Source: Candidatus Hydrogenedentota bacterium (GTDB taxonomy: Bacteria > Hydrogenedentota > Hydrogenedentia > Hydrogenedentales > SLHB01). From it: a stretch of DNA of 64,000 nt. Every line of letters begins with the position of its first letter. The stretch's first letter is position 1. Location: positions 352,001 through 416,000 of the forward strand of contig CAXXTH010000017.1 of the NCBI GenBank assembly GCA_963668025.2, written 5' to 3'. The notes under the pieces are model-generated. The model worked only from the letters and a program-made list of their open reading frames with translations. It did no database searches and was not told the origin of the DNA. The position numbers and the translations under genes are program-made. Of the stretch, positions 57,586 to 64,000 are shown one piece after another.

Positions 57586-57625
57586 AAAAAGGCTCAACGG
57601 CTAATCATCCGTTGAGCCTTTTTTT
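57586..57625. terminator. Bidirectional intrinsic terminator
   Basis: AAAAAGGCTCAACGG...CCGTTGAGCCTTTTTTT between convergent genes. Confidence 0.85.
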
Positions 57626-57630
57626 GCGTA

Positions 57631-58680
57631 TTATTCTGGCGCGCTTCGCGCGACCCGAAAACCGACGGCGTGATTGCCCGCGTCCGGATGGCCATTGGTG
57701 CGATAGGCCGTGCGGCAAAAATCGGTTCCGGGCTGCTGCCAGCTTCCGCCCCAGCATCCCCCCCGCAACACACGCAATTCGCCCGTGGCAGGCCCCATGG
57801 GATTCGCATCGCCCGTGGGCGGCTCCTCGTACCAGTCCTGGCACCATTCCCACACATTCCCGCTCATGTCATGTACGCCCACAGGGCTGGCGCATCGAAA
57901 ATAGCCGCGTGGCGTGAGGTAAGGGAATTCCGTGAACGCCAGAGGATTGTTATAACCGGTGATCAGATCATAATAATTCACCCGGCCAAAGGAAATCGTG
58001 TCCGAAGAACAAGCGTATTTCCACGCGCCGCCCGAACCGCCGTCCGGCAACGCCACCGAGTCGAGGCGCGTATCCCAGCCCGCCGCACGCTCCCATTCCG
58101 CCTCCGTCGGCAGGCGGTATCCATGGGGCCACGGGGTGATAGGCTCCCAGGTGGACAAGTCATAACAAGCGTCCAGGCCTTCCATTTCGCTCAACCAATT
58201 GCAGTACGCCGCCGCGCCATACCAAGTCACATGGACCACGGGGAAATCATTCATGTTCACGTTTTCACGTACGCGGACCAGGAATTCGTTGTTTACGAAT
58301 AGGAGCTGCGCATCCGCCTGGCTGGCCTTGTAGATGCGCTTGAGCGAACCGCCCGCATAGACATCGCCGCCGCTATACGACGAGCCGTCCTCGTTGGAGA
58401 GAAGGCCTTGCTGATACGCCCAGTTAAGCACCTTCGCGTATTCCGCGTTGGCGGTTTCGTATTTCCCTATGCAATAGGCATCAAGCTGGACAAAACGCGG
58501 CGGGGAGGATTGCGCCGTCCCGGCGTCATTCAGCACATCCGCCGCCCCCATTTGAAACCATCCGCCCGCCACGCCTACTATAGGAGGCGCTACGGATTGC
58601 GGCGGCAGCGCCGGACAGCCCGCCAGTAAAATGCCCGTGGCCAAAATCCCAAAAGCCCTGTGTTTCCATTGTGTGCGCAT
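57631..58680 (-). CDS. FGE-sulfatase/SUMF1-fold lipoprotein
   Basis: LAGC lipobox, FQMG, PVVHVTW, RLPTEAEWE, DMSGNVWEW, RGG and GFR motifs. Confidence 0.9.
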   Translation of the reverse strand: MRTQWKHRAFGILATGILLAGCPALPPQSVAPPIVGVAGGWFQMGAADVLNDAGTAQSSPPRFVQLDAYCIGKYETANAEYAKVLNWAYQQGLLSNEDGSSYSGGDVYAGGSLKRIYKASQADAQLLFVNNEFLVRVRENVNMNDFPVVHVTWYGAAAYCNWLSEMEGLDACYDLSTWEPITPWPHGYRLPTEAEWERAAGWDTRLDSVALPDGGSGGAWKYACSSDTISFGRVNYYDLITGYNNPLAFTEFPYLTPRGYFRCASPVGVHDMSGNVWEWCQDWYEEPPTGDANPMGPATGELRVLRGGCWGGSWQQPGTDFCRTAYRTNGHPDAGNHAVGFRVARSAPE

Positions 58681-58898
58681 CGCTAATCCCTTATGTACCG
58701 GTACACCTGTATATTTTGTCTTATGGTTCTCCGCCATTGTATGCATTTAGTCTTGACCATCCAACATGCCAAGGAGCTGGGATTTGATGAGCACGACGAC
58801 AGCGCAGCTTGCGCGGGTGTTCAAGCCTCTTCCCCTCCTTCGCCAACCTTTGAGACCGGCCAATTGATGTCTCTGCCGCCCGAAAACGCATCTATCGG

Positions 58899-61382
58899 CT
58901 AAAACACGCCATAGGGATCGAGGTCCACTTTAAGCTGCACGTTCGAGGTCGCAGGGCTTGCATTGAACACTTCGCGTACGGCGCGCACTAACGCATTGAG
59001 CCTTGTGGCGCGGTGTGAGAGCAAGCCGATATTCCAGCGGTACTTTTTTTTCACCTTGCGCACCGTGGCGGGCGCGGGGCCGATGATCTCGATTCCCTGG
59101 TATCCCAAGGCTTCGCGTTGTTCCCGCACGAGACGGTGCAATAGCGCCGTGGCGCGTTCCGCATCAAGGGGATCCTCGCATTCGATGGCGAGATTGGCCA
59201 TGCGGCGGAACGGCGGATAACCCGCCTTTTCACGGTGCGGTATCTCGGCGGCAAAAAAACCTGCGTAATCCTGGGCGGCGGCAAACTGGATGGCGTAATG
59301 CTTGGGGCGGTAGGTCTGGATGATAACCAAGCCGGGCCTGTCGCCCCGGCCCGCGCGCCCGGCCACCTGCGTCAGCAGTTGGAACGCCCCCTCGGCTGCC
59401 CGGAAATCGGGCAGCGCCAGGCCCGCATCGGCGTTGATGATCCCCACCAGTGTGACACCCGGATAATCATGTCCCTTGGCGATCATCTGGGTGCCCACGA
59501 GGATGTCGATCTCCCGCGCCGCGAGCCGGCCCAGGATCTTCGCGTGGCCGCCTTTGCCCGAGGTCGTGTCGGCGTCCATGCGCTCGACGCGCGCATCAGG
59601 AAACGAACGCACGAGCAAATCCTCGACTTTTTGCGTGCCCACGCCAAGAAAGAGAAGGGGATTGAAATAGCACTCGTCGCACACCTGGGGCACTTCGCGC
59701 TGGGCGTTGCAATAGTGGCATTGCAGGTAGCCGCCTTTGGCGTGGTAGGTCATCGTGACTTGGCAGTCATTGCAATAGGCCACCCAGCCGCACGATGGGC
59801 ACATCACGAAGGGCGCGAAGCCCCGGCGGTTGAGCAGGAGTAGCACCTGCCCGCCCGCCTCGACGCGCACCTTCACTTCCGCCTCAAGCCGGCGCGATAA
59901 AAAAGTGGCGTTGCCGGTCTCGCGCACCTCCTGGCGCATGTCGAGCAGCTCGACTTCGGGCAGCGAGGCGTTCGTGGCCCGCCGTGGGAGCAAGATGCGT
60001 TTGGATTTGCCCGCCACGCTGTTGTGATAGGATTCGATGGACGGCGTCGCTGAACCGAGCACGCACACGGCTCCGTTCATCTTGGCGCGCATGATGGCCA
60101 CGTCGCGTGCGTGGTAGCGCGGCGTCTCGCTCTGTTTATACGAGCCATCGTGCTCCTCGTCCACGATCAGCACGCCCAGATTCGGCAACGGCGCGAACAC
60201 CGCCGAACGCGCCCCTACCACGATACGCACTTCCCCGCGCTTCGCCCGCCGCCATTCATCGTAACGTTCGCCCGCGCCAAGCCCGCTGTGCAGCACGGCG
60301 ATGTCCGTGTCGAACCGCGCCTTGAACCGCCCCACGGTTTGCGGGGTAAGGGAGATTTCCGGCACCAAGATGATCGCGCTGCGCCCGAGCGCCAGCGCGC
60401 GCTCGATCACTTGGAGATACACTTCCGTCTTGCCGGAGCCCGTGATGCCTTGCAGCAGAAAAGTCTGGAACGCGCCCAGTTCCATGGCCTCGACGATCGT
60501 GTTATAGGCCGCCTGCTGATCGTCGTTAAGTTCGAGCTTGCACCCCGCGTGGCTGGAGGTTTGGAATTCTGGTATGCGGTAGTGCTCACGCTCTTCGATG
60601 CGGATGTACTCCCTGCTTTCGAGGGCGCGCAGGATGCCCATGTTGGCCTGGTGCTTCTCATACAACAACGGGGCGGGGCGTTCCGGCTCGCCATGCAGCA
60701 AATCGAGATACACCGCCGCCTGCTTCGGCGCGCGGCGTTGAAGCTGTTCGAGTGTTTCCGCGTCCGGGATGTTTTCCTCGATAAGGCGCGCGAACGTCTC
60801 CGTACGCATCCGCACCGATGCCGCTTCCGTTACCGGTTCCGCCAGCAGAATGCCTCGTTTCACGAGCGTTTGGAGCGTATTGCTCAGGGCGGCAGCCCCT
60901 ACGGCTTTCGCAAGCTGGGCCTCCGTCAACGGGCCGCTGCGGTTCAGTTCGCCCACCACGGCGCGCTGGCGGTCGGTATACCGCCCGGCGCTGAGCTGTT
61001 CGAGCACGAGGGTGTAGCGCATTTTGCTCCGCACCCGGATGCCCGCCGGTACGGCGCTTTGCAGCGCCTCACCCCAAGAACAGCAGTAATAATCTGAAAG
61101 CCACCGGCACAGATCGAGAATCTCGCGCGAAAACACGGGCTCTTCATCAGGCAGATCGATAAGTGCGCGCGTTTTCTCGACGGGGCTTTCTTGTTCGAAG
61201 CCCACGATATAGCCCGTCTCGATGCGTTTCTGCACCGGCACGAGGGCGCGCATGCCCGGAGCGGCCCGTCCCCGAAGACTCTCCGGCACCCGGTACGTCA
61301 GTGGCCGCTCCAATGGCATCGGCAATGCGACCTGTGCAAACGGCAGGCAAATTTCTGGTCGTTCCAATGGCAAACGTTTCAC
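58899..61382 (-). CDS. priA: Primosomal protein N'
   Basis: GITGSGKTEVY, VPEISLTPQ, DEEH, NRRG, CxxC knuckles, GTQMIAKG and QVAGRAGR motifs. Confidence 0.97.
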   Translation of the reverse strand: MKRLPLERPEICLPFAQVALPMPLERPLTYRVPESLRGRAAPGMRALVPVQKRIETGYIVGFEQESPVEKTRALIDLPDEEPVFSREILDLCRWLSDYYCCSWGEALQSAVPAGIRVRSKMRYTLVLEQLSAGRYTDRQRAVVGELNRSGPLTEAQLAKAVGAAALSNTLQTLVKRGILLAEPVTEAASVRMRTETFARLIEENIPDAETLEQLQRRAPKQAAVYLDLLHGEPERPAPLLYEKHQANMGILRALESREYIRIEEREHYRIPEFQTSSHAGCKLELNDDQQAAYNTIVEAMELGAFQTFLLQGITGSGKTEVYLQVIERALALGRSAIILVPEISLTPQTVGRFKARFDTDIAVLHSGLGAGERYDEWRRAKRGEVRIVVGARSAVFAPLPNLGVLIVDEEHDGSYKQSETPRYHARDVAIMRAKMNGAVCVLGSATPSIESYHNSVAGKSKRILLPRRATNASLPEVELLDMRQEVRETGNATFLSRRLEAEVKVRVEAGGQVLLLLNRRGFAPFVMCPSCGWVAYCNDCQVTMTYHAKGGYLQCHYCNAQREVPQVCDECYFNPLLFLGVGTQKVEDLLVRSFPDARVERMDADTTSGKGGHAKILGRLAAREIDILVGTQMIAKGHDYPGVTLVGIINADAGLALPDFRAAEGAFQLLTQVAGRAGRGDRPGLVIIQTYRPKHYAIQFAAAQDYAGFFAAEIPHREKAGYPPFRRMANLAIECEDPLDAERATALLHRLVREQREALGYQGIEIIGPAPATVRKVKKKYRWNIGLLSHRATRLNALVRAVREVFNASPATSNVQLKVDLDPYGVF

Positions 61383-61556
61383 ATCCTATTTCAATCCGCT
61401 TGCGGCGGCGCTTCTGATTCGTGGCTCAACCTATTATAGACAAATACGCCTACTCCATGCCCTGGTGCTGATTCTTCATTTCGCTTCACCAACAAATGAA
61501 GGACAAGAAGATGCATGCGCATACATCGCGTATACTGTGGAAAGGAGGCATGCCGC

Positions 61557-62996
61557 ATGAACCTGAAGCGCATCAACGAGACGACGTGGGAAATCCCAAA
61601 AACGGGCGCCATGCTCGTGCCGGGGCGCATCATCGCCAGCGAACGGCTGTTGCCGAAAATCCAGGAGGATAAGGCCGCAGAACAGGTGGCCAACGTCGCC
61701 TGCTTGCCCGGCATCGTGGGCTATGCACTGGCTATGCCCGACGCCCATTGGGGCTACGGTTTCCCCATCGGCGGCGTGGCCGCCACGGATCCCGAACAGG
61801 ATGGAGTCATCTCGCCGGGCGGCGTGGGCTACGACATCAATTGTGGCATCCGGCTCATGACGACGCACTTGGATATCGGCGATATCCGCCCGCGCCTGCG
61901 CGAGGCCGTGGCGGCGCTCTACAATGATATTCCCTCGGGTGTGGGCTCGAGCGGCGCTATACACACCTTGCGCGGTGGCGATTTGGATGCGGTGCTCAAG
62001 AAAGGCGCTCGCTGGGCCATCGAGCAAGGCTATGGCGCGGAAAGCGACCTCGACGCCACCGAGGAGCAGGGATGCCTAGCAAGCGCGGAAGCGGGAGCCG
62101 TCTCCGAGCGGGCGAAGAGCCGGGGCGCGGACCAACTCGGCACGCTAGGCTCAGGCAACCATTTCCTCGAATTGGGCGTGGTCGAGCAGGTGTTCGATGC
62201 CCGCGCGGCGGACGCCTACGGCCTGCGGCCCGGCCAGGTGACGCTGCTCATCCATAGCGGGAGCCGGGGCCTGGGCTACCAGGTGTGCGACGATTCGCTG
62301 GCAGTGATGCTCCGCGCCCAGGCGCGCTACGGCATCCAATTGCCAGACCGCCAGCTCTGCTGCGCACCGGTGAAGAGTCCCGAAGGGCGGGCCTATCTGG
62401 CCGCCATGGCAGCGGCGGCGAACTATGCCTGGGCCAACCGGCAGATTATGATGGAGCTGGCGCGGCGGGCGTTGCAGAAGAGCCTCGGCGTGACACCGCG
62501 CGAACTGGGCGGGCGGCTGCTCTACGACGTATGCCACAACATCGCCAAATTCGAGGAACACGAGGTGGATGGAGCGCGGAGGCGGCTCTGCGTCCACCGT
62601 AAAGGCGCGACGCGCTCGTTTCCGGGCAGCCGGAGAGAAGTGCCGATTGCATACCGCGAAGCTGGCCAGCCCGTGCTCGTGCCCGGCGATATGGGCACGG
62701 CATCCTACGTCTTCGCGGGCGCGGAGGGCGCGCTCGTGCAAACGTTCGGCAGTTCATGCCATGGCGCGGGCCGGGTCATGAGCCGCACGGCGGCGCGCAA
62801 GGCCGAAAGCCCTGAACATCTGCTCGAAGAAATGGCGCGCAACGAAATCATCGTCATGGCGCGCAGCATCAAGACGCTCACCGAAGAAGGCCCAAGGGCC
62901 TATAAAGACATCGACGCCGTGGCGGAAGTGGTGCAACAAGCGGGCCTAGCCCGCCGCGTCGCCCGAATCCGCCCCATCGGCGTCGTGAAAGGGTGA
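61557..62996 (+). CDS. rtcB: RNA ligase RtcB
   Basis: MPDAHWGYGFPIGG, GYDINCG, GSGNHFLE, HSGSRG, HRKGAT, HGAGR and YKD motifs. Confidence 0.96.
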   Translation: MNLKRINETTWEIPKTGAMLVPGRIIASERLLPKIQEDKAAEQVANVACLPGIVGYALAMPDAHWGYGFPIGGVAATDPEQDGVISPGGVGYDINCGIRLMTTHLDIGDIRPRLREAVAALYNDIPSGVGSSGAIHTLRGGDLDAVLKKGARWAIEQGYGAESDLDATEEQGCLASAEAGAVSERAKSRGADQLGTLGSGNHFLELGVVEQVFDARAADAYGLRPGQVTLLIHSGSRGLGYQVCDDSLAVMLRAQARYGIQLPDRQLCCAPVKSPEGRAYLAAMAAAANYAWANRQIMMELARRALQKSLGVTPRELGGRLLYDVCHNIAKFEEHEVDGARRRLCVHRKGATRSFPGSRREVPIAYREAGQPVLVPGDMGTASYVFAGAEGALVQTFGSSCHGAGRVMSRTAARKAESPEHLLEEMARNEIIVMARSIKTLTEEGPRAYKDIDAVAEVVQQAGLARRVARIRPIGVVKG

Positions 62997-63128
62997 GGCG
63001 TTTCTTAATCGATAGAAGTAGGAAAATCTGGTTAAACCGGCCTCTTTTACCTCCAAACCGTACCTGCGGTTTTCGCGCATATGGATCTCGCGGCTCTCAC
63101 TGATTCATATATGCCGCCTTCATGGATC

Positions 63129-63242
63129 AAAAAAAGAGGCGCGGGCGAATTGCCCGCGAATGGAGGGAGGTGCGGGCCCCGCTTAGGGGAGAACCACCGA
63201 GGGGGGCGGTGGTGGAGGTCGCGGGGCCCGCCGTCAGGCTGT
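63129..63242 (-). ncRNA. Candidate small RNA with C-rich loops and an intrinsic terminator
   Basis: GCGGGCCCCGC/GCGGGGCCCGC stem enclosing an ACCACCG/CGGTGGT hairpin, CCTCC-rich linkers, a CGCGGGC/GCCCGCG stem and a T7 tract; no ATG. Confidence 0.6.
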
Positions 63243-63247
63243 ATTGA

Positions 63248-63292
63248 TTAAACCATGTTTTTTATGACGAATGTGTGACAGTTTTTAGACAT
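63248..63292 (-). promoter_or_regulatory. Pho-box-like (OmpR/PhoB) direct repeats plus an extended -10
   Basis: Minus strand ATGTCTAAAAA-CTGTCACACAT-TCGTCATAAAA (11-bp period), then TG-G-TTTAAT. Confidence 0.6.
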
Positions 63293-63321
63293 ATTTTTAA
63301 AGTTTTGGCGGTGTATACGGA

Positions 63322-63828
63322 TTATTCGTCGGTGGAACCATCCGCGTCTGGCTCGTTTCCATCTATCGAGGGAGCAAGATAGGCTTCGGCTTGCGTAGTG
63401 GCTTCCAATACGTCATCGGTCGCCACAATGCGCAGATTAGACCTATCGGGCTGTTCCGCCATTGCCGCGACGCGTTGCACCGCACCCAGGAGGGCGGCTA
63501 AAGGTTTTTCATTCGATTTACTGGCCAGCATGCGGCGTTCGAGCTCTTTGAGCGCGGGTTTAAAATCATTGGAAAGCCAGGACTGAAAAGACGCCTCTGT
63601 TTCGGGAGAGCGGGCGCGGATGCGGTCGAGATATTCCGACGTAAGCTGGGCGAGCTGTTTTGATAAGCCGCGGATTTCATCGCCTTCGGCTCGATGCGCT
63701 TGGGCGCGGGCCAGCAATTGCGCGGGATCTTCCGTGGCTGTGCGCACGACGGCATAACCGATGGCCATGCTTAACGCGCACGCCACCACAAGCGCGGCAG
63801 CGTACCAGCAGGTGCGGGATATAAACAT
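63322..63828 (-). CDS. Hypothetical exported helical protein
   Basis: N-terminal hydrophobic anchor; AGGAG RBS. Confidence 0.65.
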   Translation of the reverse strand: MFISRTCWYAAALVVACALSMAIGYAVVRTATEDPAQLLARAQAHRAEGDEIRGLSKQLAQLTSEYLDRIRARSPETEASFQSWLSNDFKPALKELERRMLASKSNEKPLAALLGAVQRVAAMAEQPDRSNLRIVATDDVLEATTQAEAYLAPSIDGNEPDADGSTDE

Positions 63829-64000
63829 GAACTCATTCTCCTTATCGTAGCAGGCGGCGCAAATGGGCGGGATCAGACTGCCAGGCCAGTGCGCGGGCGA
63901 AATCAGGATACGCCCTCTCCATACATTTGAATTCGGGCGGATGGATGCGCCGCCGTCCAGATGGGCTTTTTTTGACGCCTAAATAGGCGTGCAGCATCTC

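Noticed and set aside
57631-58680. True formylglycine-generating enzyme or DGR target
   Set aside because: The canonical catalytic Cys pair is not evident, and there is no template repeat or reverse transcriptase in the window.

Overview
A GC-rich bacterial chromosomal window. The DUF1559/H-X9-DG protein, the URO-D-like protein and the LP-x-TM-basic C-terminal tail suggest a Candidatus Hydrogenedentes-like anaerobe (inference). No rRNA, tRNA or CRISPR array was seen. Housekeeping genes: rplJ-rplL with an L10 leader, cysS (frameshifted as assembled), asd, lepB, lpxH-like, thyX-nrdJ with NrdR boxes, priA and rtcB. Other loci: a carbamoyltransferase/SxtJ-DUF5989/GT2 cluster, an ECF sigma trio, one intact IS (13-bp TIRs, 9-bp TSD, DUF6788 plus DDE transposase) and a 5'-truncated MTase-endonuclease gene. 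The main feature is a ~13-kb CODH/ACS operon. In it, acetyl-CoA synthase (AcsB) and the CoFeSP small subunit (AcsD) are fused in one 1248-aa ORF and acsE is absent. Two stand-alone methionine-synthase catalytic modules (core-MetE/MesB-like and Hcy S-methyltransferase) are in the same gene run. Non-coding highlights: a dispersed family of 9-10-nt-periodic palindromes, one abutting a collapsed GxxExxY remnant; REP doublets; mirror-image divergent promoters with twin operators; and a candidate Pho-box-driven C-rich small RNA. All calls come from reading the sequence and recognising motifs; no searches were run.
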